A stretch of DNA of 64,000 nt, from IMG/VR virus record IMGVR_UViG_3300010429_002123; one strand, given 5' to 3'. Below, one piece after another: positions 28,520-38,440 of the stretch. Numbering within the stretch: position 1 is the first letter of the stretch; every line of letters starts with the position of its first letter. The notes beneath the pieces are model-generated. The model did no database searches, was not told the origin of the DNA, and was given only the letters and a program-made list of their open reading frames with translations. A program made the position numbers and the translations under genes. The stretch is from a virus. Its lineage: Duplodnaviria; Caudoviricetes.

Positions 28520-29187
28520 GATGCGTTTTTGTCTCTGACATACACTTAGGTCACCCGGACAATAAAAATGATAAAAAGTTTTTTAGCTTTTTGCATGACG
28601 CGCCTTTTGATAAACTGTTTGTTATCGGAGACTTATTCGACCTTTACTTTCTTTCAGAAGAAGAGATTATGAAAAAATATCCTAATGAATACAAGTATAT
28701 GAAAACGGGTATAGCTGAAGGGAAAGTGGTGTTCATAAAAGGTAATCATGACTTTTGTATGAGCTCTCTGCCCACCCATTACCCAACGTATAAACTTTCC
28801 CTTGACGGAAAAAACTTACTCTTGACTCACGGACATTTACAGGCGTTGGAGCGAAAGTTTTATCCTTACTTAAAAGTTGTTTACGCTCTCGGGTTACTCC
28901 AACGTTTGTTCAAGTGGCTCTTTTCTTTCGAAAAATCAAAGATTCTCGATACCATCTTTCACTACTGCACAGAGGCGGGAGTACCCGACAGTGCCCTCTT
29001 TTTAAAGGCTAGAATGCGAGAGGATTTGAAAGATTATGATTATGTCATTTGCGGGCATACACACTTACCCGAAATAAGTGAGAAATATATAAACTGTGGT
29101 GACTGGCTTTCTGACTACAGTTTTATCGTCTATACAAGCGAGCAGGGGTTCAGTCTCGATTACTATAAGAAAGAGGGGGGTGAGTAG
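28516..29187 (+). CDS. Calcineurin-like metallophosphoesterase (LpxH-like subgroup)
   Basis: SDIHLG, GDLFD, GNHD, THGH, GHTH, YINCGDW. Confidence 0.9.
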   Translation: MRCVFVSDIHLGHPDNKNDKKFFSFLHDAPFDKLFVIGDLFDLYFLSEEEIMKKYPNEYKYMKTGIAEGKVVFIKGNHDFCMSSLPTHYPTYKLSLDGKNLLLTHGHLQALERKFYPYLKVVYALGLLQRLFKWLFSFEKSKILDTIFHYCTEAGVPDSALFLKARMREDLKDYDYVICGHTHLPEISEKYINCGDWLSDYSFIVYTSEQGFSLDYYKKEGGE

Positions 29188-29188
29188 T

Positions 29189-29437
29189 GTGAGTACCTTT
29201 TCAGAGACAAAGTTCAAAACAAACGACCTTGACGAAAAGGCTGTTCTCTGCTACCTGTTAACTTCAAAGTTTGTTGGAAACAAGCCCAAAAGAAACCGGG
29301 GGGAGCTGGCAACTTTTAACGTGACCGGGTGTTTCGGCCTGGGGGAGCTAAAAGAACATATCCCTAGTGAAGATGTCCTGCAACAGGAGTTTGCTGACTT
29401 AGACAGACAAGTAGAGGAGTTGTTAAAGAGTGCCTGA
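29189..29437 (+). CDS. Hypothetical protein
   Basis: GTG start after a gagggggg RBS; tiles between its neighbours. Confidence 0.5.
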   Translation: MSTFSETKFKTNDLDEKAVLCYLLTSKFVGNKPKRNRGELATFNVTGCFGLGELKEHIPSEDVLQQEFADLDRQVEELLKSA

Positions 29438-29909
29438 GGAAAAAAACGGTGATAACATTTCAGAACTGTCTTTTACACGTTCTCTGATAAAAAAATATAT
29501 CGACGGTGGAGAAAAACTGGAACACTCTATAAATAAGTTTGCCTCCGACATTGTTGTTCTCGTAGACAAAACAAAAATTCATTTTGACGAGGAAAACAAC
29601 CGGATACGCCTCGCTTTAGAGGTAATGGGCGAGAGGGTAAATACCCTCTGTACCTCTCTTGTCAACCGACCATGTGCCCTGAGTAGCGAGAGACTTGACA
29701 GACAATTAGAAGAGATAGAAAAACTTTTAGAAGCAGAAAAAGAAAAAACAGATAAATTATTAAAGGCGGAGAAAGTTCAATTAGACCTGTGCAAAACCTG
29801 CATTGTAGCAAAGTTTGAGAAAAACTATGACCTTATTTTAAAGGTTATTATTCTCCTGGCTTGTGGGTTCGTGGGGTATGAAATAATAACAAAACTTTTT
29901 AAATTTTAG
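29430..29909 (+). CDS. Coiled-coil protein with a C-terminal TM helix
   Basis: Heptad-like region followed by LILKVIILLACGFVGY. Confidence 0.55.
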   Translation: MPEEKNGDNISELSFTRSLIKKYIDGGEKLEHSINKFASDIVVLVDKTKIHFDEENNRIRLALEVMGERVNTLCTSLVNRPCALSSERLDRQLEEIEKLLEAEKEKTDKLLKAEKVQLDLCKTCIVAKFEKNYDLILKVIILLACGFVGYEIITKLFKF

Positions 29910-29920
29910 GTGGTGAGATA

Positions 29921-30901
29921 TTGGCGACAGTAACAATAGCCTTACATAGATATAAAAATGTCTCTGTGACAGAGCAATCAATATATAGCTCAGTTTTAAA
30001 GTCCTACGTCTCCGTTCCTGTAGAGGGAACACTTGAGAACTATCCCGACGTTATGACTAATAAAGTTCCGAACCCTTTTATTGACCAGGGCTTTACTCGA
30101 TACATCACGATACAAGACACATCTCCGGCACCTGTGGTGACTGTCCCGGCTATTTATGGCGTAAGTGGTTCTCCCTCCCCTGTGGGGTCACTAGTCACGA
30201 TAACAGGGAATAATTTCGGGTCTACGCAGGCGACGAGCACGGTAACTTTTAACGGGAGTTTAGTCACTTCAGTCACTTCATGGTCTTCTTCCTCCATTCA
30301 GTGCACAATACCCGCAGGAGCTACTACAGGGAACGTAATAGTCACTGTGGGGGGACAGGTAAGTAACGGCTACCCCTACACAGTAGGCAGTCCGGTTCCG
30401 GTTGTTTACAATCTAAATCCCACTCTCGCAGAAATTGGAGCGACTATAACTATTGCGGGAAATAACTTCGGAGATACCAGAGGGACCAGTGTTGTCTCTT
30501 TTGACGGAATCGAAGGAGTCACTTACCCTCTCTGGACAAATTCTGTGGTTCAATGTGTTGTTCCTCCGGGAGTAGTAACTGGTCTTGTTACCCTGGTAGT
30601 AGGAGGACAGGAAAGCAACGGCTTTTTGTTCACTGTGGGAAGTCCCACAACAGCGGGGATAGCTCCTCTTAGAGAGGAATTTACCCTCAGCGACCTGGAT
30701 ATTGCTAATAAATACGTTACTCTGTCACAACTTACAGTAATTCCAACGTCGGTGACATTGTCGGTAGACAGTGCACCTTCACTAACTTACGGAGATGACT
30801 ACGTAGTGACGGGTAATAGAGTATCGTGGGAAGACAAAGAAGTTGATGGAATACTCTCTGTGGGTGACTACATGGAAGTATTATATATGTATACTACGTA
30901 G
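29921..30901 (+). CDS. Virion protein with two IPT/TIG (Ig-like) domains
   Basis: Two repeats P...G..[VI]TI.GNNFG.T.....V.F.G.......W....[IV]QC..P.G..TG.V...VGGQ.SNG. Confidence 0.85.
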   Translation: MATVTIALHRYKNVSVTEQSIYSSVLKSYVSVPVEGTLENYPDVMTNKVPNPFIDQGFTRYITIQDTSPAPVVTVPAIYGVSGSPSPVGSLVTITGNNFGSTQATSTVTFNGSLVTSVTSWSSSSIQCTIPAGATTGNVIVTVGGQVSNGYPYTVGSPVPVVYNLNPTLAEIGATITIAGNNFGDTRGTSVVSFDGIEGVTYPLWTNSVVQCVVPPGVVTGLVTLVVGGQESNGFLFTVGSPTTAGIAPLREEFTLSDLDIANKYVTLSQLTVIPTSVTLSVDSAPSLTYGDDYVVTGNRVSWEDKEVDGILSVGDYMEVLYMYTT

Positions 30902-30903
30902 GG

Positions 30904-31425
30904 GTGAAACGTTTGAAAAAAGTAATTGTTGTAGATGACTCCAGGGAAGTCGGAATTATAATCTCCCTGGCTCTTAGAGGAATAGCAGAGGTAAAAGTGT
31001 TTAAAAAACCTCTGGAGGCGTTAGGGTGTGTGAAAAAAGAAGACACAATTTATGATTACGCGTTCATAGACCTCTGCATGCCGGAACTAGATGGTCTGGA
31101 ACTTTCGAAAAGACTACGTAAGTTAAATAAGATTAAATCTATAATTCTCATAACGGCTTATTACTCTCTTTCAAACCCGAATGAGCTTTTAGAGAGAAAA
31201 GAAGTCACAGAACTGGCAGACTATTATATAAGAAAGCCCTTCTGTACAGAAGCTATACAAAGTGTAGTAGAACAAAATAATTTTGATTACCTTTATAAAA
31301 TAGGAAGTAAAAAAAGTGCCTGTGAAAAATATGATGGCTTGAAACCCTCCCCGTATCACAGGGAACGGGCTCACTTAAAGCTCATGACTGAGGGAAAAAT
31401 CTTAGAGGAACTGAGGCAAGTGTAA
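30904..31425 (+). CDS. Response regulator receiver (CheY-like) domain protein
   Basis: VIVVDDS, AFIDLCMPELDG (phospho-Asp), ILITAY, YIRKPF: all catalytic residues present. Confidence 0.88.
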   Translation: MKRLKKVIVVDDSREVGIIISLALRGIAEVKVFKKPLEALGCVKKEDTIYDYAFIDLCMPELDGLELSKRLRKLNKIKSIILITAYYSLSNPNELLERKEVTELADYYIRKPFCTEAIQSVVEQNNFDYLYKIGSKKSACEKYDGLKPSPYHRERAHLKLMTEGKILEELRQV

Positions 31426-31426
31426 A

Positions 31427-31723
31427 ATGGAAGGAACTACTGGCGGAAATGGGGGCTTAAAGCAACCCGAAGAGAAAAAAGGCTTCATCATAGGTATAAT
31501 AGAAGACTTTATACAAACAGGGGAACAGCAAGTCCTGATGACTGACCTCATGTTTGAAGAGATACGCAATCTGGTAGATAAGTTTGACAGTCTTAAAGAG
31601 GAGTTCCGAGAGGTGAGAAAAACCCTTGATAACTTCATAAGACTGACTAATATCTTAAAAGACGTCCCTAATATAGAAAAATTAATAGATAAGTTGGAAA
31701 CTCCAAAAGGAGAAAATACATAG
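31427..31723 (+). CDS. Hypothetical coiled-coil protein
   Basis: 98-aa helical ORF. Confidence 0.55.
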   Translation: MEGTTGGNGGLKQPEEKKGFIIGIIEDFIQTGEQQVLMTDLMFEEIRNLVDKFDSLKEEFREVRKTLDNFIRLTNILKDVPNIEKLIDKLETPKGENT

Positions 31724-31750
31724 CGTGAAAACGCAAAAGGAGGACATGTA

Positions 31751-33535
31751 ATGGGGAAAATTACTAATAAGTGGATTGCTGTCGATGCTGTGGACAATAC
31801 TCAGATAGACTTCGGTACCGGAGCAAATCAGGTAAAGGCTGCAGACTTACCGATAGTAGACACAGGGAGTTACGTAACCGCCACACAGGTAGAAGCCGCT
31901 ATCCAGGAAATTTGTGCAAAGTATATTGCAAACTGGGACTTAATCAGTTCCTTTTCCGCTCTTGGGGGCTCTGATGATATTGACACAGAAGTTAAAGCCA
32001 CCGCAGGGGTTGACACTGCGAGAACCAGTTTCACTTCAGGTACAGGTGTTTTTGTAGATGCAAGCGGGGCTTACGGTGCAGGTGGCTCTTCTCTTCCGGC
32101 AAATGGAGTAACTGTAACCGAGCTTGGTGTACCCGGATATGTGCAGATAAAAGAAAGTGCAACAAAAGACCCCATAACAGATGGAAATGGTAACCAGGTG
32201 TATGGGGTTCTGTTCTATAATACAACAGACAGCAAATTTTATGTAAAGTATTTCAGTGACGTTGCTGACGTGCAGACCGCTTACAGTTTTGGTACGGCTA
32301 AAAACATAGACCTTGCATTTGCTGAAATTTTCAATCTTATAAATATGCCAGCCGAAGGTTTTGTAAAAAGCGGACTCGGTAATGTTGACGTTGGAACCAG
32401 TAACATTACAGGGGTTACTGCGGGAAACGGTTTAACCGGCGGGGGAACTTCCGGTGTAGTAACCTTAGACGTGTCTGCCGGTGATGGTATAGATGTTGCC
32501 ACTGACAGCGTAAGTGTAGATGTGTCCGATATTATAGACACCACAAAGGGTCTCACAGAAGATACAAATAATATTCAGGTAAACATAACACCCACAATGG
32601 GTCTGGACTTTAACGGTACTACTGGTGCCCTTGAAGTAGATGTCACTGACCTCTATGACGCTCAGAAAGGTTTGACTGAATCTGCCAATCAGTTACAGGT
32701 AAAACTCACTGTTGACAAAGGTCTTGACTTCACAGCCACTACCTATGGTCTTGAAGTTGATACCTCAGACATCATAGACACAAATTACGGTCTGACTGAA
32801 GATACAAATAAGATAAGAATTAATCTTGAATCTGCTGGTGGTTTAGAATTTCACTCAACTAATCACACCCTCCAGGTAAAAGCCGATGGTATTAAAGATA
32901 GCATGATAGACTTCGGTACTGGTGCAGGCCAGATAAATGCTGATGATATTCCTGCAGGTTCTACTTACGAAATACCAACAAGCACAGACCTGACAAATTA
33001 CGATAACCATCTTGCAAGCACAAGTAACCCCCATTCAGTAACCTATTCGCAGGTTGGGGCAATTCAGAATGCAAATGATACCGTAAAAGATACCCACATA
33101 GACTGGGGCACAGGAACAGACCAGGTAGGTGCCGTTGACGTTCCCATAGCTGATGCTGGTGGACTTATAACAGGAACAAACGTTGAAAGTGCTCTCCAGG
33201 AACTCGCTGGAGACTCTTCTCCGACAGCTTTCAAGTTCACTATGCTTACCCTTAATGCTTCAGACATAACAAACGGCTTTAAAGCTCTCGGGGCAAAAGC
33301 AAGAGGTGCTGTCGGCGTGAAAAGTTATGTCCAGGTTCATCCTGTAGGTGGTCCTATACAGGAACATCTGACTGATTTTGTGGCCATGAACAATGACGCA
33401 AACACAGCACTTGTTATCATATGGACATCTATAAATAGTGACCCGATAACTGGAATAGCTTCTCCGACTTATCCGACAGCGGGGTTGAGAGATGTTCTTA
33501 CCGCAGGAGACAAGCTACTCGTATATTATGAATAA
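31751..33535 (+). CDS. Tail fibre/decoration protein
   Basis: Repeats ID[FW]GTG..Q[VI].A.D.P and GLTE....[IL].V; ITGVTAGNGLTGGGTSG..TL; NPHSVT..QVG. Confidence 0.8.
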   Translation: MGKITNKWIAVDAVDNTQIDFGTGANQVKAADLPIVDTGSYVTATQVEAAIQEICAKYIANWDLISSFSALGGSDDIDTEVKATAGVDTARTSFTSGTGVFVDASGAYGAGGSSLPANGVTVTELGVPGYVQIKESATKDPITDGNGNQVYGVLFYNTTDSKFYVKYFSDVADVQTAYSFGTAKNIDLAFAEIFNLINMPAEGFVKSGLGNVDVGTSNITGVTAGNGLTGGGTSGVVTLDVSAGDGIDVATDSVSVDVSDIIDTTKGLTEDTNNIQVNITPTMGLDFNGTTGALEVDVTDLYDAQKGLTESANQLQVKLTVDKGLDFTATTYGLEVDTSDIIDTNYGLTEDTNKIRINLESAGGLEFHSTNHTLQVKADGIKDSMIDFGTGAGQINADDIPAGSTYEIPTSTDLTNYDNHLASTSNPHSVTYSQVGAIQNANDTVKDTHIDWGTGTDQVGAVDVPIADAGGLITGTNVESALQELAGDSSPTAFKFTMLTLNASDITNGFKALGAKARGAVGVKSYVQVHPVGGPIQEHLTDFVAMNNDANTALVIIWTSINSDPITGIASPTYPTAGLRDVLTAGDKLLVYYE

Positions 33536-33542
33536 GTAAACC

Positions 33543-33566
33543 TGGGAGGGGAATGTTCCCCTCCCA
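33543..33566. repeat. Inverted repeat/hairpin after the fibre gene
   Basis: tgggaggggaa-tg-ttcccctccca. Confidence 0.7.
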
Positions 33567-33580
33567 AACAGGTTAATGAG

Positions 33581-33739
33581 ATGATGGCCAATAGAAAAAA
33601 GGGAAAGAGGAGAATTTTTCCAATAGAGTTTCTAATAATAAGCAAACTTAGCGGAAAAACTCTCGCGATAGCAACCATAGAAGAGTTAAAAAACCTGGAC
33701 TTAGACAAAATCAATATGGTTGTAAAAAGAAAAAAGTAA
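33581..33739 (+). CDS. Small basic ORF (52 aa) not in the supplied track
   Basis: MMANRKKGKRRIFPIEFLIISKLSGKTLAIATIEELKNLDLDKINMVVKRKK*; fills an otherwise empty gap. Confidence 0.4.
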   Translation: MMANRKKGKRRIFPIEFLIISKLSGKTLAIATIEELKNLDLDKINMVVKRKK

Positions 33740-33816
33740 GAGGTAAAAAGTAAGAAGTAAAAAGAAACAAAAAGGAATTCCTTAGTTTCAGAAACAATGC
33801 TGGCTAGGAGGACGAA

Positions 33817-34305
33817 ATGGCAAAAGTAAACAGTAAATACATAGATTTTGGTCTCGGAACATATCAAGTAAAAGCGGGGAATCTCCCGACAGACACAACA
33901 GAGTTCGGAAGTAACCTCTCTTCTTCAGATGACACCGTACAAAAAGCATTAATGACACTCAGTAATCTCGTTCTGAGTATGTCCTGGGAGATGGTTACTG
34001 CCTCCCCCTGTGCCCTGCTCCCCAACAAAGGATTTATAGCCAATTACGGTTCACAGTTAGAATTCTCTTTACCGGTAACCTCAGCGATGGGAAAGGAAAT
34101 AAAGATTGCAGGACATGGTTCTGGGGGTTGGAAAATAACTCAAAACTCGGGACAAAAAATAATTTTCGGAAACGCACAGACCACTGTTGGGGTAACGGGA
34201 TTTCTTTCTTCTACGCACCAAAATGATTGTGTAGAGATGGTATGTGTAGAAGCAAATAACATATGGAAAGTAGTTTCCTCTGTGGGAAGTATAAATATAA
34301 ATTAA
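33817..34305 (+). CDS. Fibre adaptor protein
   Basis: N-terminal IDFGLGTYQVKA..LP as in 31751; C-terminal domain shared with 34321 and 35839. Confidence 0.7.
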   Translation: MAKVNSKYIDFGLGTYQVKAGNLPTDTTEFGSNLSSSDDTVQKALMTLSNLVLSMSWEMVTASPCALLPNKGFIANYGSQLEFSLPVTSAMGKEIKIAGHGSGGWKITQNSGQKIIFGNAQTTVGVTGFLSSTHQNDCVEMVCVEANNIWKVVSSVGSININ

Positions 34306-34320
34306 GGAGATGGTTAAAAA

Positions 34321-35775
34321 ATGGCTAAAAATTCAGCCGTAAATCTAGACATTACAAATAATGCTGACGGTTTTGACATCAGTGGTGGTACAGCTATTAG
34401 AAAGTTTGCAATCACGGGGGCTGCCTGGACATTCAGTTCTTCATCATTCACACAGGGTTCTTACACCCACACACTGCCGGGTGCTTCAGATACCCTTGTT
34501 AATCTGGGTTCCTCACAGGTTCTTACAAACAAAACACTTACTTCCCCTGTGATTAATGTCACAAGTGATGCTACTGGTGACATGTATTACAGAAATGCCG
34601 GGGGATTATTCACACGTCTTGCTTTAGGGTCAAATGGACAAATACTCTCTTCAAATGGAACTATTCCCGCATGGATTGCTGCCCCCACAGTGCATACACA
34701 GAACACTGATACAGGAACAACAGCAACCAGTTTCAATGTAGACAGTGGAGGAACTGGTTTTAAATTAAAGAACAATGCTGGAGTCCTCGAGTTAAGAAAC
34801 CTTGCTGACAGTGCATACGCTGATTTGATAGTAAAAGACCTTACAGTTCAGGGAACTACTACGACAATCAATTCTACAACCCTGACAGTTGATGATAAAA
34901 CTATAGAAATAGGTTCTGTAGATACTCCGACTGACACAACAGCAGACGGTGGGGGTGTAGTTCTTAAAGGTACAACAGACAAGACTATACTCTGGGATAA
35001 CTCAAATGATAACTGGACATTTAATCAGTCTGTTAATATTGCTACTGGTTTAAGTTACAAGATTAATAATGTATCAGTATTAAATGCAACCACACTCGGA
35101 AGTTCTGTAGTCAGTTCTTCATTGACTTCAATAGGAACTCTTGCTGCAGGTCTTAACATAGCAACAGGTCAGACATATAAGATTAATTCAGTAGATGTTC
35201 TTTCAGCAACTACTCTTGGTGCGAACGTAGTCAACTCTTCATTAACATCGGTTGGAACAATAGCAACAGGCACATGGAATGCTACTGACATAGCATTAAG
35301 TGCTGGCGGAACAAATGCTTCCCTTACTGCAGTAAATGGTGGAGTTGTTTATTCTACAGCTTCCGCAATGGCAATAAGTGCTGCAGGAACTTCAGGTCAG
35401 TTCTTACAGTCTGCAGGGGCTGCAAGTCCTCAGTGGGCTTCCATAACACAGGCTGAAGTATGGTCGGAAGCTACTGGAGCTACAACTGCTACAGTAAATA
35501 GTGGTTATATTTGCAATAATGCTTCAACAAGGGTTGTTGTTACTCTTCCCTCAACTGCTGCTTTAGGTTCTAAAGTTAGAGTGTGCGGTAAGGGTGCTGC
35601 AGGTTGGCAGGTAACTGCTCCAGCGTCAACCACAATACAGTTTGGTTCTTCTGTAACTGCCACTGCTGGTAATGTTCAGTCAACAAATACTTTTGACACT
35701 CTGGAATTAATTTGCACAGTTGCCAACACAGGTTGGACAGTTCTGTCTGCAGTAGGTAATATTACTATCAATTAG
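34321..35775 (+). CDS. Tail fibre protein
   Basis: DLTVQGTTTTINSTTLTVDDK.IE, SSLTS[IV]GT repeats, GGTNASLTA; shared C-terminal domain. Confidence 0.85.
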   Translation: MAKNSAVNLDITNNADGFDISGGTAIRKFAITGAAWTFSSSSFTQGSYTHTLPGASDTLVNLGSSQVLTNKTLTSPVINVTSDATGDMYYRNAGGLFTRLALGSNGQILSSNGTIPAWIAAPTVHTQNTDTGTTATSFNVDSGGTGFKLKNNAGVLELRNLADSAYADLIVKDLTVQGTTTTINSTTLTVDDKTIEIGSVDTPTDTTADGGGVVLKGTTDKTILWDNSNDNWTFNQSVNIATGLSYKINNVSVLNATTLGSSVVSSSLTSIGTLAAGLNIATGQTYKINSVDVLSATTLGANVVNSSLTSVGTIATGTWNATDIALSAGGTNASLTAVNGGVVYSTASAMAISAAGTSGQFLQSAGAASPQWASITQAEVWSEATGATTATVNSGYICNNASTRVVVTLPSTAALGSKVRVCGKGAAGWQVTAPASTTIQFGSSVTATAGNVQSTNTFDTLELICTVANTGWTVLSAVGNITIN

Positions 35776-35785
35776 TTTCTAACAA

Positions 35786-35807
35786 AGGGGAGGAATATTC
35801 CTCCCCT
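35786..35807. repeat. Perfect 22-bp palindrome/hairpin between fibre genes
   Basis: aggggaggaatattcctcccct. Confidence 0.75.
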
Positions 35808-35838
35808 GAATAGAATCCTTATTATAAGGAGAATTAAA

Positions 35839-36342
35839 ATGGCAATTCAAAATAGTATAAATAACATAGAAGTTCCTGATACTCTATACACAGCAAAAGG
35901 TGATTTAGTTGTCGGAACAGGCTCTTCTGCTCAAAGTACTTTAAACATAGGAAGCAATGGTCAGGTATTAACTGCTGATTCTGCAGAATCTGTAGGAGTT
36001 AAATGGGCTACTCCCTCTTTAATACAATTTCCCTGGAATGTTACAAGTACTAATGGAGATATGACAACAGGAAATGGGTATATGATAACTAACACTACTA
36101 CAAGAGTTGTATTAGGGCTGCCTTCTTCTCCCTCTATAGGTAATGTCGTAAAAGTCTATGCAAGGTACGCTGCAGGATGGAAAATTAATGCTTATACAGG
36201 ACATTATATTCGTTTTGGAAATCAAGTGTCAACTTCAGGGGGGTACATACAATCTACAGATGTAGGTGATTGTGTAGAGTTATTATATTATAATAATTAC
36301 TGGCACGTTGTGTCAGGAGTAGGAAATATAACAATAGCTTAA
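35839..36342 (+). CDS. Fibre adaptor protein
   Basis: MAIQNSINN leader, TAKGDL module and the shared C-terminal domain (LP...G..V.V....GW.I...FG...ST..D..EL...W.V.S.VGNI). Confidence 0.7.
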   Translation: MAIQNSINNIEVPDTLYTAKGDLVVGTGSSAQSTLNIGSNGQVLTADSAESVGVKWATPSLIQFPWNVTSTNGDMTTGNGYMITNTTTRVVLGLPSSPSIGNVVKVYARYAAGWKINAYTGHYIRFGNQVSTSGGYIQSTDVGDCVELLYYNNYWHVVSGVGNITIA

Positions 36343-36366
36343 AATATAGCATAGGAGTTTTGTTCT

Positions 36367-37389
36367 ATGGCTACAAATAGTATAAATAATAATGTAGAAG
36401 TCCCTAAATCTGATATTATACAAAAAGGCGATTTGTTAATAGGGACAGGTTCTGGAACTTATGTAAGAGTTCCTGTTAGAGAAGATGGATTCTTTCTTGT
36501 TTCTGATTCAAATGAAACTGCAGGAGTTAAGTGGCAAGTTAATCCTGAGCAGAGGGGGTATTTTTCTGTAGGTTACTCTACTACATCTATTAATACTGTA
36601 GATAAGTTTGTTCCAGAAGTGGTACAAACTATTTCTGCTACTATTTCTCTTACTCGAAGAAGAGTTGTAGGGGCTTCAATAATCTCTTCTGCATATGTAG
36701 CAGGGGGGTATGATTATAATAATCTAAACACTAATATTATAGATAAAATACATAATGAACTCTGTTCTGTAATAAGTGCGACATTGTCTTATTCCAGGTA
36801 TCAAGTTGCTGCGAGTTCTTTGGCACAGTATGCTTATTTCGCCGGTGGTTATAATGATACGACAAGAACTAATATTATTCAGAGATTAGATGGTTCAGAC
36901 TCTTTGTCTACTATATCGGCCACACTATCAGCTTCTAAATTCGGAGCTTTCGGTGCTACTATATCGAATTCCGCCTATTTTGCAGGAGGGGACACAGGCA
37001 CAAAAACTAACGTTATTGATAGGTTATCTATTTTAGAAGTAAGAACTACGCTTGGTGTTGTGCTGTCCGTCGCAAAAGGACAAGCTACAGGGGCTTCGTT
37101 TTCTAACACAGCTTATTTCGCTGCCGGGCATAATGGAACTTATCTTAATAGTATAGAGAAACTGTCCAACGCAGAAGCTAGAACCACACTCTCTGCAACT
37201 TTGTCAGCTTCAAAGGATACTCTGGCAAGTTGTTCTTTTGATAATAGTATTTATATTGCTGGTGGGAGTGTGTCAGGAACAAATACGAATGTAATTGAAA
37301 GACTGAATCCTTCTGAAACCGTTAATGTTATAACTGCTGTGCTTTCCTCGTCTAAAAACGCTCTTGCAGGAAGTACTGTGAAAGGATAG
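36367..37389 (+). CDS. Kelch-like beta-propeller fibre/receptor-binding protein 1
   Basis: About 46-aa repeats AYFAGG......N.I..L......ISATLS. Confidence 0.8.
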   Translation: MATNSINNNVEVPKSDIIQKGDLLIGTGSGTYVRVPVREDGFFLVSDSNETAGVKWQVNPEQRGYFSVGYSTTSINTVDKFVPEVVQTISATISLTRRRVVGASIISSAYVAGGYDYNNLNTNIIDKIHNELCSVISATLSYSRYQVAASSLAQYAYFAGGYNDTTRTNIIQRLDGSDSLSTISATLSASKFGAFGATISNSAYFAGGDTGTKTNVIDRLSILEVRTTLGVVLSVAKGQATGASFSNTAYFAAGHNGTYLNSIEKLSNAEARTTLSATLSASKDTLASCSFDNSIYIAGGSVSGTNTNVIERLNPSETVNVITAVLSSSKNALAGSTVKG

Positions 37390-37398
37390 GAGAGTATT

Positions 37399-38430
37399 AT
37401 GGCAACTAATAATTTCGGAAATAATTGTGGAGTATATAAAACTACATATACAGCTAAAGGCGACTCAATAGTAGCCACTGCAAGTTCTGTATACACTAAA
37501 TTGGCTACGTCTAATAACGGTCAATATCTAACGTGTGACTCTTCAAAGACTGAAGGTATAGTATGGAAACCATCGCCCGCACAAAAGGTATATTATGCTG
37601 GTGGAAGCAGTGTAAGTGATTCTGACAGGAAAAACTCTATAGATAGGATGCTAAATGAGACAGTACAGACTTTGTCTGCTACTCTTTCTAATTCTTGTCA
37701 CAGGTTGTCTGGGGTATCTCTATCTACAAACTCTTATTTTGCTCTGGGTAGTATAGGAACAAAAACAAACATTATTGATAAATTGAATTCTTATGAAGAA
37801 GTTAGTACTCTTTCTGCCACTATATCTGTATCAAGGGATGCTGTTGCAGGAGCAACTATTTTAACTTCAGCGTATTTTGCTGGAGGGGAAGGAGCTTCTT
37901 CTGTTAAAGTAAACACTATAGACAGGCTTACAAGTGGTGAATCTTGTTCTGCAATTTCTGCTACCCTGTCTTCTTCAAGGAGAGCTTTAGCGGGTTCATA
38001 TTTAAATCAATCAGCATATTTTGCTGGGGGTGAGAATACAACCCCTATTAATGTAAATACTATAGATAGATTATCCTCTTCAGAAGTAAGGACTACTTTA
38101 GGTGCTGTTCTATCTACGACGGACAGATTTCTAGCAGGAGCTTCTTTCGGTAATTCAGCTTATTTTGCGGGAGGTATTGTAGCATCTGATATTAATACTA
38201 TTAATAGGCTAACTACTTCTGAAACCTGTGGAGCTATTTCAGCTACATTATCTACTTCGGCACAATCGACAGCAGGAGCGACATGTTCTGATAACCTGTA
38301 TTTTTCAGGCTCTATAGGCAGTAACTGGCAAAACATAGATAAGTTAGTAAGAGCAGAAACTATAAGCACTATATCTGCTTTGCTATCTGTATCAAAACGA
38401 TACCTGACTTCTACAGGTGTTTCGGGATAG
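37399..38430 (+). CDS. Kelch-like beta-propeller protein 2
   Basis: Same repeats and N-terminal module. Confidence 0.8.
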   Translation: MATNNFGNNCGVYKTTYTAKGDSIVATASSVYTKLATSNNGQYLTCDSSKTEGIVWKPSPAQKVYYAGGSSVSDSDRKNSIDRMLNETVQTLSATLSNSCHRLSGVSLSTNSYFALGSIGTKTNIIDKLNSYEEVSTLSATISVSRDAVAGATILTSAYFAGGEGASSVKVNTIDRLTSGESCSAISATLSSSRRALAGSYLNQSAYFAGGENTTPINVNTIDRLSSSEVRTTLGAVLSTTDRFLAGASFGNSAYFAGGIVASDINTINRLTTSETCGAISATLSTSAQSTAGATCSDNLYFSGSIGSNWQNIDKLVRAETISTISALLSVSKRYLTSTGVSG

Positions 38431-38440
38431 GAAATTAACA

